The notes beneath the pieces are model-generated. The model was not told where the DNA came from and did no database searches. It saw only the letters and a program-made list of their open reading frames with translations. A program made the translations under genes and the position numbers. A DNA stretch of 58,132 nucleotides from Spirochaetota bacterium (GTDB lineage Bacteria > Spirochaetota > UBA4802 > UBA5550). Below are positions 46,940 to 56,859 of this stretch, piece after piece; the first letter of the stretch is position 1; every line of letters begins with the position of its first letter. The stretch spans positions 1 to 58,132 of the forward strand of contig JAKLIV010000005.1 in assembly GCA_022709405.1 (NCBI GenBank). The letters are read 5' to 3'.

Positions 46940-47973
46940 TAAATAAGATTGAACAATATTATTCCGGCGACAATGATTAAAACGACAATGCCCAGCATGA
47001 GATAAATTATTTTCGAGTCATCGTTTTCCTTTTTTTCCGGTTCGTCATCAGGGAGATCCATCTGGACCTTGACGTTTTCCTCTTCGACGATTTTAGCGAG
47101 CACGCCCTTTGCGACGAGGGCGTAAATGATGTATCCGCCTTTTTCCATAGGTATCTTCGCCTTGATTCTTCCTTTGATCGGAGAAATATTTCCATCCTGA
47201 TCAATAGCGTTGAGGACGGTCAATATCTTGTTGGAAATTCCGTCGCGGCTGGCGAGCATCACCTTGATTTTTTCTCCTGCTGCGATGTCATTGATGTATT
47301 TCCCCTTGATCGGAGACACTATCAATTCACCGCTGATAACGTATTTCGCCTCGCTTTCGATGCTTTTCAATTTCTCTTCAAAGGGCGAAAGCTGCTCTGA
47401 CTGGATAGCTTCATCCCCGGGCCTGGCTCCTCCCGGAACCTCGATCGGTATTCCGCTCATATCAACGGCCAGGGAACTCGTCACACCGAGTTCGAGCTGG
47501 CACTGCACATCAGGCGAATTGAACGATTTTGTCAGCACCTCGAAGATTGTCTTCGTTAAACCGTCCAAATTCCCGTCGCTGACGTCAGGAAAGACATCAA
47601 AACCGATGAGCGAATCAAGAATATAATTCGTAAAATTGCCCGTATCTATTGTCTGGCCGTGCTGACCGTATGCCGTCATGTCATTGTAAAGCGTCTTCCA
47701 GTTGTCGAAAATCCTCACTTTCTCAAATATATCTACGTTAGTCGAAATTAATGCGGAAACGTTGGAGATGTATTCATCAATCGTGTTGATGAACGCCAGA
47801 AAAACGCCGGCCTGGCCGAGACTTTGCACGGCAAATTTGCATTTAATGACAATTATGTCCTGATACTGGCCGGAAACCATGGCCTTGGCCTTATCCATGT
47901 TTCCGGAAGTGAATTTCAGAGCATGCTCGATCAGTTTCGTTTTTTCATTTAATGAGCTATACTGTTCGGTCAT
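46939..47973 (-). CDS. Hypothetical tail-anchored membrane protein (344 aa)
   Basis: A single C-terminal TM helix IIYLMLGIVVLIIVAGIILFNLI is preceded by the acidic linker DLPDDEPEKKENDD. SPIKGK and SPIKGR motifs lie 47 aa apart. No family recognised. Confidence 0.65.
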   Translation of the reverse strand: MTEQYSSLNEKTKLIEHALKFTSGNMDKAKAMVSGQYQDIIVIKCKFAVQSLGQAGVFLAFINTIDEYISNVSALISTNVDIFEKVRIFDNWKTLYNDMTAYGQHGQTIDTGNFTNYILDSLIGFDVFPDVSDGNLDGLTKTIFEVLTKSFNSPDVQCQLELGVTSSLAVDMSGIPIEVPGGARPGDEAIQSEQLSPFEEKLKSIESEAKYVISGELIVSPIKGKYINDIAAGEKIKVMLASRDGISNKILTVLNAIDQDGNISPIKGRIKAKIPMEKGGYIIYALVAKGVLAKIVEEENVKVQMDLPDDEPEKKENDDSKIIYLMLGIVVLIIVAGIILFNLI

Positions 47974-48445
47974 CGCTTTTATCCTGATCCATCACAATGC
48001 TTTTTTCCAGCAGTTCGTATTTCTTATGCGGTTTGAGGTTTATCAATTTTCTGACACCCTGCAAAACCCTGAATTTATATTTGAGATCCGAAGTTATACA
48101 GTATATCCCCGTCTCATGGAGCTGGTCCGCCACAGCGGCGCTGTCAGCCGGAAGTTTAAATCCGAAAAACGGCCCCATGCTTTTAAGCAGGTGTTCAGGG
48201 GCGATGTACTTAATTGAAAGACTGTTAACCCCTATTTCCAGTCTCCTCAGGACGCGGTGCTTTTTATCCTTAGAATCCCATTCGTTCTTCCAGTTTTTCG
48301 GATTATCCGTGATCTGAACCTCTATCCTCTGCTCATCCTCATGCACTATGACCCGGACATACGTACTGTTTGCCTTGTATGAGGCCAGAAGCCCGAAAAG
48401 GCTGTCATCCCGGTTAGCGCTTATTATTCCCGAGCTTTTCATCAT
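47957..48445 (-). CDS. Hypothetical cytosolic protein (162 aa)
   Basis: ORF in operon context, overlapping the next gene by 17 nt. No family recognised. Confidence 0.55.
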   Translation of the reverse strand: MMKSSGIISANRDDSLFGLLASYKANSTYVRVIVHEDEQRIEVQITDNPKNWKNEWDSKDKKHRVLRRLEIGVNSLSIKYIAPEHLLKSMGPFFGFKLPADSAAVADQLHETGIYCITSDLKYKFRVLQGVRKLINLKPHKKYELLEKSIVMDQDKSDDRTV

Positions 48446-48462
48446 AACCTTTAGTCTCGTTC

Positions 48463-49011
48463 TTATACTGACGATATATGGTCATTGTAAATCCTGAGAA
48501 GCCTCCTCCGAAATAATGTATCGCTTAAAAACGAAACTTCCTCATCGTTCATTCCTATAAATACGCCGATATCATGAACCGATGTATTCCTGTTGATCCT
48601 CAGATACTCGATGACTTCCCTTTCGACCTTCGACAATGCGCCAATGTAAAAACTGTTGTTCTGGCGAATCCCATCCGTAATTACCGCTATTTCATTTTTA
48701 TTATATTGTGAGAACGATTTGAAGACTGAGTCAATATTAATTTCAGCAATTATGGATATATTTTTCAGTTTAACGTAAAATATCGGGTCGCTCTTCCAGG
48801 AATCGATGATCAGCCGCACAATCAATTCATCGATAAACGAAGAGTCGATCACGCGGATTCCTTCAAAGTCCAGCAGCAATACCTCGTGCGCCGAGATGTT
48901 CTTCATTTTATCCCGGATTTTTGCATACATCCGCCTTCCGACCGGCCTGGTGATGAGATCCGGCCCCCGGTGCTTGATTTCCTTTGTCAGTTTGCTTATC
49001 TCGGCAACCAT
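48463..49011 (-). CDS. STAS-like (DUF4325-type) domain fused to a C-terminal winged-helix-like domain
   Basis: VLLLDFEGIRVIDSSFIDELIV matches the STAS/DUF4325 core (compare SpoIIAA DLSGVxFMDSSG). The C-terminal EREVIEYLRINRNTSVHDIGVFIGMNDEEVSFLSDTLFRRRLL looks like a wHTH. The start lies 1 nt after the upstream stop. Confidence 0.7.
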   Translation of the reverse strand: MVAEISKLTKEIKHRGPDLITRPVGRRMYAKIRDKMKNISAHEVLLLDFEGIRVIDSSFIDELIVRLIIDSWKSDPIFYVKLKNISIIAEINIDSVFKSFSQYNKNEIAVITDGIRQNNSFYIGALSKVEREVIEYLRINRNTSVHDIGVFIGMNDEEVSFLSDTLFRRRLLRIYNDHISSV

Positions 49012-49012
49012 A

Positions 49013-49903
49013 TCATGCAGTCAGTGAAATCGAAATCTGTGTGCCGCTGAACGGCGATAAACTATTTTTGTAAAATATATACGACCCTGAACGTGTTTTA
49101 TTATACAGGGTCGAAAGCGATGCATTGTCTGATCGTATGTATATCATCCCGTTCAGTCGTTCGATGATGGAATTCACCTGACATAACCCATAACCGTATT
49201 CCCTCTTGCTTGATATCGGGGTGGTCAACGCCATTTCGATGAGTTTCGCTGGAGAATCGAATTGAATTTCCTTGTTCAACTCAAAGCTTTTTACAATCCC
49301 TATTCCCGAATCCGAAATTACGAGTCTGAATATCTTCTCGTTATTCAGGCTATAGGTCTGCATCGATAGATACCCGGACTCAAGACTGTGCTCGAAAATG
49401 TTCTGGCACAGCTCGGAAATCACTGTAACGAAATAATCGACCAGATTGTCTGAAAACCAGTGTTTAAGGATGAACGAAGCCCTTTTCCTGAACAATTCGA
49501 TCACGCCGGTTATTACTTTCACGCTTTCTCTTTCTTTGTTTGGTATCTCGACAATTTCTATTATTGTTTTGCTCACGGAACTCCTTTTAAGCATCATTTT
49601 CTCATTAAGCGAATCGGCCGTCTCAAATATTTCGGTTTTGAAAAAATCCATCCGCGAGAGGTACTGGTGAATGGCAAGCGGGATGCGAATCAGCTTCAGC
49701 TTAATTCCCCGCTTGAGGAGATACATTTTCCCGAGCAATAAAAATGAAAGCATCGAATACGGCTCTATGAAGCTTATTCTTGACAGGTCCAGGCAATCGG
49801 CGTCGCGGACAATTGTATCAGCCAGATTTATAACATCCTCAAAAGTATAGGGGTCCCTGAATTTATTTGGAAGCAACACTGTCTTTTTATCGGTCATTGT
49901 CAT
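49013..49903 (-). CDS. GHKL-superfamily ATPase / SpoIIAB-RsbW-like putative Ser kinase with a STAS-like N-terminal domain
   Basis: N-box ELCQNIFEHS, G1 SDSGIGI, G2 GYGLCQV. There is no HisKA/H-box. The N-terminal ~90 aa (CLDLSRISFIEPYSMLSFLLL...IPLAIHQYLSRMDFF) resemble a STAS-like module. Confidence 0.7.
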   Translation of the reverse strand: MTMTDKKTVLLPNKFRDPYTFEDVINLADTIVRDADCLDLSRISFIEPYSMLSFLLLGKMYLLKRGIKLKLIRIPLAIHQYLSRMDFFKTEIFETADSLNEKMMLKRSSVSKTIIEIVEIPNKERESVKVITGVIELFRKRASFILKHWFSDNLVDYFVTVISELCQNIFEHSLESGYLSMQTYSLNNEKIFRLVISDSGIGIVKSFELNKEIQFDSPAKLIEMALTTPISSKREYGYGLCQVNSIIERLNGMIYIRSDNASLSTLYNKTRSGSYIFYKNSLSPFSGTQISISLTA

Positions 49904-50011
49904 GTCAATTATTCAGTTGATTGGATCCAATTCCAGCCGATTGTCTTATCGCCCTTATTATTCTCGGTTTTTCTTTCCTTTATCTAAATTTATCTTTTCA
50001 ATGAGGATAAA

Positions 50012-50043
50012 TAAAAAGGGCTGTCCTTGCGGCACAGCCCTTT
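50012..50043 (-). terminator. Intrinsic terminator of groES-groEL
   Basis: The reverse strand reads AGGGCTGT-gccgcaagg-ACAGCCCT followed by TTTTT, about 35 nt after the groEL stop. Confidence 0.8.
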
Positions 50044-50076
50044 GCGCTAATTTGATGTGAGCAACTACGGCATATC

Positions 50077-51747
<1,671 letters not shown>

Positions 51748-52032
51748 CTATTCAACGATAGCGAGCACGTCGTTCTCACTGATTATCAGATAATCTTTTC
51801 CGTCGTGCTTCACTTCAGCTCCTGAATATTTTCCGAAAAGAACAATATCCCCGGCCTTGACAGTCATGGGAATAATGTCTTTACCGTCCCTTTTCCCGGA
51901 ACCCACTGCAATTACCTTTCCCTGCTGTGGTTTTTCTTTAGCTGTATCAGGAACATAGATCGAGCCGACCCTCTCTTCCTCAGGTTCAACGATCTGTACA
52001 ATAATCCTATCAGCAATTGGTTTTAGTGCCAC
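51748..52032 (-). CDS. groS: Co-chaperonin GroES (Hsp10)
   Basis: 94 aa: LKPIADRIIV...GKVIAVGSG...KAGDIVLFGKYSG. GTG start preceded by AAAGGAGGG. Confidence 0.95.
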   Translation of the reverse strand: MALKPIADRIIVQIVEPEEERVGSIYVPDTAKEKPQQGKVIAVGSGKRDGKDIIPMTVKAGDIVLFGKYSGAEVKHDGKDYLIISENDVLAIVE

Positions 52033-52200
52033 GTAAGCCCTCCTTTATAAATAAAACTAATTTTTTTACTACTGGATGTTAGTTCAACAGTTACCGTGAA
52101 AACCATGAAATGATAAAAATAAATCATATGGAAATAAACAGGCATTATTCATCATACCTGAATATGTCAATTATTTTAATAATTTTAGATTTGTTGTTAT

Positions 52201-52238
52201 TGATTATTAGCACTCATTAAATCGAGTGCTAATAATCA
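52201..52238. promoter_or_regulatory. CIRCE (HrcA operator) upstream of groES, with extended arms
   Basis: TTAGCACTC-attaaatc-GAGTGCTAA (52207-52232). The perfect inverted repeat extends to 15 nt per arm (TGATTATTAGCACTC / GAGTGCTAATAATCA). I count an 8-nt spacer, against the canonical 9. Confidence 0.85.
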
Positions 52239-52357
52239 ATTAATATAAACTATAATTGACATTCATCAAGCACAATTATTAGCGTTTAAACCCGATTATT
52301 CTTGATTATTAGAAAATAAGATTAAAAAACAAAATATTTCAGAGAAATTTAAAAACT

Positions 52358-52831
52358 TTATTTCACAATATAGTCCGATTTACCTCCTTTTTTTTCTTCA
52401 AGCCTGATTCCCTCAATCACCATATTCTTATCAACAGCCTTGCACATGTCATAAACAGTCAGTGCAGCCACAGCCACGGCTGTAAGCGCTTCCATTTCTG
52501 CACCGGTTTTTCCATCCAGACGGACCCGGGATGATATGCGAATACCCGTAGCTTCATGATCAATTTCCAGAGTAATGTCTATATAATTTATAAATAAAGG
52601 ATGGCAAAGAGGTATCAAATCATGACATCTTTTCGCACCCTGAATACCGGCTACCTTCGCAATTTCGAAAAGATTGCCTTTGGGCAGAATTTTTTTTTCA
52701 ATGGCTTCAATGGTTTCAGGACTCATTCTGACAAAACCCGAAGCCCGGGCGCTGCGCGAGGTAACCATCTTTTCAGTGACATCAACCATTGTCGGCGAGC
52801 CATCGGGGGAATAATGTGAAAAGTCCTGCAT
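52358..52831 (-). CDS. moaC: Cyclic pyranopterin monophosphate synthase MoaC
   Basis: MVDVTEK..T.R.A...IAKVAGIQGAKRCHDLIPLCHPL...GKTGAEMEALTAVAVAALTVYDMCKAVDK. Confidence 0.93.
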   Translation of the reverse strand: MQDFSHYSPDGSPTMVDVTEKMVTSRSARASGFVRMSPETIEAIEKKILPKGNLFEIAKVAGIQGAKRCHDLIPLCHPLFINYIDITLEIDHEATGIRISSRVRLDGKTGAEMEALTAVAVAALTVYDMCKAVDKNMVIEGIRLEEKKGGKSDYIVK

Positions 52832-52912
52832 ATATATTAATCTCCGGAAAAGAATTGTGTTCCTTGATCAGGTAAAAAAGCGGCGTATGAATGTCAATAA
52901 ATCATGGGGACT

Positions 52913-54106
52913 TTATTTTATTATGACATTAACAACGTCATTATATCTTTTTTTCTCTTTAACAGCGAGCGTTAATTTCTGGGACGGACTGTTATCATTT
53001 ATGAGAATAAAACCCTTTAAAATCTCATTTTTAAAGAACAGCTTTCGGAAAATATTTTTCTCGACTTCAATTGACTTATAGGTTTTTTCATCTGAATTTT
53101 TTTCATCGCAGGAAACATCGCCGTACGAGAATAGTCTCGTATCAAAAGAGTTCAACACGGCAGGATAGATTTCATCCGTGTACAACATCTCCTTGCCGGC
53201 CGCGTTTGAACCTGCGATCTTTCCTTTTTTCACCGCAGGCATCCATAGCGCGATGCATCTGCCGTTAAACTGTGAGACATCTCCGCAGGCATATACATGG
53301 GGAACTGATGTCTCCATTTTTTCATTCACTATTACAGCCCGGTCCACCTTTATCCCGCTGCTCATTGGCAGATCGAGATTCGATCGTACACCGATAGAAA
53401 AAATTATCATTTCCGTATCAAGCGTCCGGCCCGAAGAAAGTTTGACGCCGGTTGCAATGCTGTTTCCGATGATCTCATCGACGCTTTCACCCAGAAGGAT
53501 ATTCACGCCCGCCTTTTTAATTATTGCATGAAAAAAGTCAGATCCTTCCGGATCAAGCTGAAGCGCCAGGAGCCTTTTACTCAGCTCGACAACGCTAACG
53601 CTCATTCCTTTTTTATGAAGAGAATATGCCGCCTCAAGTCCCAGCGGCCCCCCGCCGATTATTATGGCGTTTTTCACGCTGTTCGAGAAGCCAAAGACCT
53701 TCTTTGCGTCCGAAAAGCTCCTCACCGTGAATACATTCTCAAAATCTAAAGCTCCATTGATCGGAACAAAAGGACTGCTGCCTGTTGCGATGATCAGTTT
53801 ATCATATCCATAGCTTCTGCCCGACGAGGAGACGACTCTTTTCTCTTCATGCCTGATTTCAGTGATCCGTTCATTTAATACCAGTTCAATATTATTCTGG
53901 GCGTACCATGAAGCGCTGTTTAGAAAAAAATTGGACTTGCTCTGAACATCGCTGTTTCCGATAAATTCGGTCAGAAATGGACGATAATACGGATAATCCG
54001 AGTCTTCGGAAATTATAGTCACCTTCAATTTCGGATCTATTGATCGTATTTCCCTGGCCGCCGAAACACCGGCTGCAGATGATCCAATGATTACAATACC
54101 ATCCAT
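52913..54106 (-). CDS. FAD/NAD(P)-dependent pyridine-nucleotide-disulfide-family oxidoreductase
   Basis: Dinucleotide folds IVIIGSSAAGVSAA and AIIIGGGPLGLEAA, plus YACGDV. It resembles NirB-N-terminal / rubredoxin-reductase-like proteins. The substrate cannot be inferred. Confidence 0.8.
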   Translation of the reverse strand: MDGIVIIGSSAAGVSAAREIRSIDPKLKVTIISEDSDYPYYRPFLTEFIGNSDVQSKSNFFLNSASWYAQNNIELVLNERITEIRHEEKRVVSSSGRSYGYDKLIIATGSSPFVPINGALDFENVFTVRSFSDAKKVFGFSNSVKNAIIIGGGPLGLEAAYSLHKKGMSVSVVELSKRLLALQLDPEGSDFFHAIIKKAGVNILLGESVDEIIGNSIATGVKLSSGRTLDTEMIIFSIGVRSNLDLPMSSGIKVDRAVIVNEKMETSVPHVYACGDVSQFNGRCIALWMPAVKKGKIAGSNAAGKEMLYTDEIYPAVLNSFDTRLFSYGDVSCDEKNSDEKTYKSIEVEKNIFRKLFFKNEILKGFILINDNSPSQKLTLAVKEKKRYNDVVNVIIK

Positions 54107-54118
54107 GAGAGGGCCTTC

Positions 54119-54844
54119 TTATTTATTAAACCTGACAATATATTTGACGATGCCGCATGATATGTAGATCGCCGTCGCGGTAAAAACCGACCACATCCTG
54201 AAAAAATACAGAAGCAGCGCAATCAGGATCACGGCTACAACCACCGTTATTTTTCCCTTCTTCGCGATATCCGAAAACAGCTTGTTGTAATCCACACGCG
54301 AAACCATCAATATTGCGGTTACGACATACATCGGGATATAATATTCCACCGGCATCGTGAATCCGGCATCGCCCAGTATCGGCAGTTCAGCGGTGGCAAG
54401 GCATGGAACCGAGGAAATCATAATTCCTGCAGCTGGAGACGGCAGACCGCTGAATCCGTTTTGCTTGTCAGCGACATTGAACCGTGCCAGCCGGTAAACG
54501 GCGCATATCGGGAAAAGGAGGGCGATGATCATGCCCAGATTAACGCTGCAACAGATTTCAGGAAGTTTATACAGATAAAAATTGTATGCAATGATACCCG
54601 GCGCAATTCCATATGTCACCGCATCCGCAAGTGAATCAAGCTCAACACCGATAGGGCTTTCAACATCGAGAGCCCTTGCAAGAGCCCCATCAGCCAGATC
54701 AAAAAATGATCCCGCAAAGACCAGGATGCCTGCAATGGCGAGAGAATTCATGTCGCCCCGATTCGCAAAGATAATCGCCAGAAAGCCCATGATCATATTG
54801 CTCATGGTGATGAAATTCGGGAAAATCGAGCGTTTTTTTGTCAT
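54119..54844 (-). CDS. pssA: CDP-diacylglycerol--serine O-phosphatidyltransferase (CDP-alcohol phosphatidyltransferase family)
   Basis: Motif DLADGALARALDVESPIGVELDSLADAV (DGxxARx8Gx3Dx3D). Polytopic, 241 aa. Confidence 0.85.
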   Translation of the reverse strand: MTKKRSIFPNFITMSNMIMGFLAIIFANRGDMNSLAIAGILVFAGSFFDLADGALARALDVESPIGVELDSLADAVTYGIAPGIIAYNFYLYKLPEICCSVNLGMIIALLFPICAVYRLARFNVADKQNGFSGLPSPAAGIMISSVPCLATAELPILGDAGFTMPVEYYIPMYVVTAILMVSRVDYNKLFSDIAKKGKITVVVAVILIALLLYFFRMWSVFTATAIYISCGIVKYIVRFNK

Positions 54845-55010
54845 AATTATTCTCTGATTTAATTTTTAAGCTCATGAACGCGATGCCGGCAGTGAATACC
54901 GAATCCGGCGAACCGACACGAAATATTCCTTCTCGCCTGAAAATATGCAATAAACCGATTCATACTCTAGAAGAATAGGTTATTTTTCAACTGTCAAGAA
55001 AAAAGCGATT

Positions 55011-55697
55011 TTATTTCAAACCCGCCAGTTGTGGAATCCGCCTGATGAAAAAATCCATCAATTCGACGTGATCATTCACAATCGCATCTGATTTTGACAG
55101 GAAATCCTGGCCCAGCGTGGTTTTAATCGCGATGCAACGCGCACCCGCGCTTTTTGCAGCTGCAATGCCCATTGGCGCATTTTCAACGACCAGCGTATTC
55201 ACCGGCAGGCATCCGCATTTCTGCATCGCCCTGATATACGGCTCCGGATCCGGCTTTCCCCGCGTTACGTCCTCAGCAGTTACCGTAACGTCGAAAAGGG
55301 TAAGGATTTCAGGAGGGATTGAGTGATAAACCGATCGCCTGAAAGACCCGGTAACAAGGCCGAGCTTGTAGCCCGAGCTGCTCAGCCGGGTTATAATATC
55401 CCGGATGCCGGGATAGAGGGATATTTGCGCTTCCTCGAAAATTTTATCTTTTAAATTCTGCAGATTGGTCAGCTCATCGTTATCAGGCGGATTGATCCCC
55501 TTCTCGCGAAAAATATCGATGACCGAACTGGAGCCGGTCATCCCTTCCCGCCTGAAGATATCTTCATCTTGAAGCGTCAGGCCGTGTTTGCCAAGAACGG
55601 TTCTCCATGCGCGCGCGTGGTGGGGCATCGAATCAACGATCACACCGTCCATATCAAAAAGAATCGCGGAGATGCCAGCTAACAGAGGATCATGCAC
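55011..55697 (-). CDS. HAD-superfamily hydrolase (beta-phosphoglucomutase-like subfamily IA)
   Basis: Motif I ILFDMDGVIVDS, motif II LVTGS, motif III/IV KPDPEPY...VVENAPMGIAAAKSAG. Confidence 0.85.
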   Translation of the reverse strand: MHDPLLAGISAILFDMDGVIVDSMPHHARAWRTVLGKHGLTLQDEDIFRREGMTGSSSVIDIFREKGINPPDNDELTNLQNLKDKIFEEAQISLYPGIRDIITRLSSSGYKLGLVTGSFRRSVYHSIPPEILTLFDVTVTAEDVTRGKPDPEPYIRAMQKCGCLPVNTLVVENAPMGIAAAKSAGARCIAIKTTLGQDFLSKSDAIVNDHVELMDFFIRRIPQLAGLK

Positions 55698-55758
55698 TTT
55701 TTCTGATGTTTTTTGCTGCCTTTAGCGGTAGGCCCGCGCGGGTGCAAATTCTCCCACA

Positions 55759-56859
55759 CTATTTATCTCTCTTAAGCTTCATCCTTTTTCTGTGCCTGTC
55801 AAGTGCAAGGCCGATCAGCCTGTCGATGAGCTGTGAGTATTCAATCCCGGATTCCTTCCACAGTTTGGGATACATGCTTATTCGGGTAAACCCGGGAAGA
55901 GTGTTTATTTCATTGAGAAAGAATGATCCGCTTCCCTTTTCAAGAAAAAAATCGACGCGGGCCATGCCGCTGCAGTTCAATAACCGGTATGCGCTCACTG
56001 CCGCGGCCCGAATCGCGGAGGCGAGGCGGTTTTCTATTTTTGCCGGAATGTCGAGCCTTGCCCCTTCAGGATCGATATATTTCGCCTCATAGGAATAAAA
56101 TTCATGGCTGGGAATGACCTCGCCGAGAGCCGAAGCCTCGGGCCTCTCGTTTCCAAGCACGGCGCATTCAATTTCCCTGGCATTAATCGATTTCTCGATA
56201 AGAACCTTGCTGTCGTATTGAAGCGCATATTCAATGTCATGCGCAAGATCGCCGGGGTCCTTGCATTTTCTTACGCCAACCGAGGACCCTGCGTTTGCAG
56301 GTTTGACAAAAAGCGGAAATCCGATATTCCCGGCGATGGACACACATGCCGACTTGTCATCGACCCACTGATCGGCCGTTATCGTGACCCACGGGACGAC
56401 CGGTATTCCGCCGTCCCGCAGAAGTCGTTTGGACACATCCTTGTCCATCCCGACAGCCGAGCCGAGAACGTCAGCGCCGACATACGGGACCATAGCCAGT
56501 TCCAGGAGCCCCTGAAGGGTTCCGTCCTCGCAGAATGTCCCGTGCAATGCCGGAAAAATCACGTCGACGTAGACCTTCCTGCCCGATTCGGCTTCGGAAA
56601 GATAAAGGCGGCCGCCGTCCTCATAGTGATTGATCGTCCAGACTCCTGTTTTTTTGAGCTCAAGAATCCTGCCGAAATCCCTGTCATCGACGATAGCGGG
56701 ATTGTCCTGTACGTGCCACTTTCCGTCGCGATCGATGCCTATGGCCACGACTCGATATTTCGACGGGTCCAGGGCAGTGACCACGGAAGCGGCCGAGCAC
56801 AGAGAGACATCATGCTCGCCCGACCTGCCGCCGTAAAGCACTCCGACAGTAAGCATCAT
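55759..56859 (-). CDS. ddl: D-alanine--D-alanine ligase
   Basis: VGVLYGGRSGEHDVSL...FPALHGTFCEDGTLQGLLE...FVKPANAGSSVG...NEINTLPGFT. The real start is the ATG at 56859, overlapping the lysC stop (ATGA). The ORF-track 5' extension to 57117 lies inside lysC. Confidence 0.93.
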   Translation of the reverse strand: MMLTVGVLYGGRSGEHDVSLCSAASVVTALDPSKYRVVAIGIDRDGKWHVQDNPAIVDDRDFGRILELKKTGVWTINHYEDGGRLYLSEAESGRKVYVDVIFPALHGTFCEDGTLQGLLELAMVPYVGADVLGSAVGMDKDVSKRLLRDGGIPVVPWVTITADQWVDDKSACVSIAGNIGFPLFVKPANAGSSVGVRKCKDPGDLAHDIEYALQYDSKVLIEKSINAREIECAVLGNERPEASALGEVIPSHEFYSYEAKYIDPEGARLDIPAKIENRLASAIRAAAVSAYRLLNCSGMARVDFFLEKGSGSFFLNEINTLPGFTRISMYPKLWKESGIEYSQLIDRLIGLALDRHRKRMKLKRDK

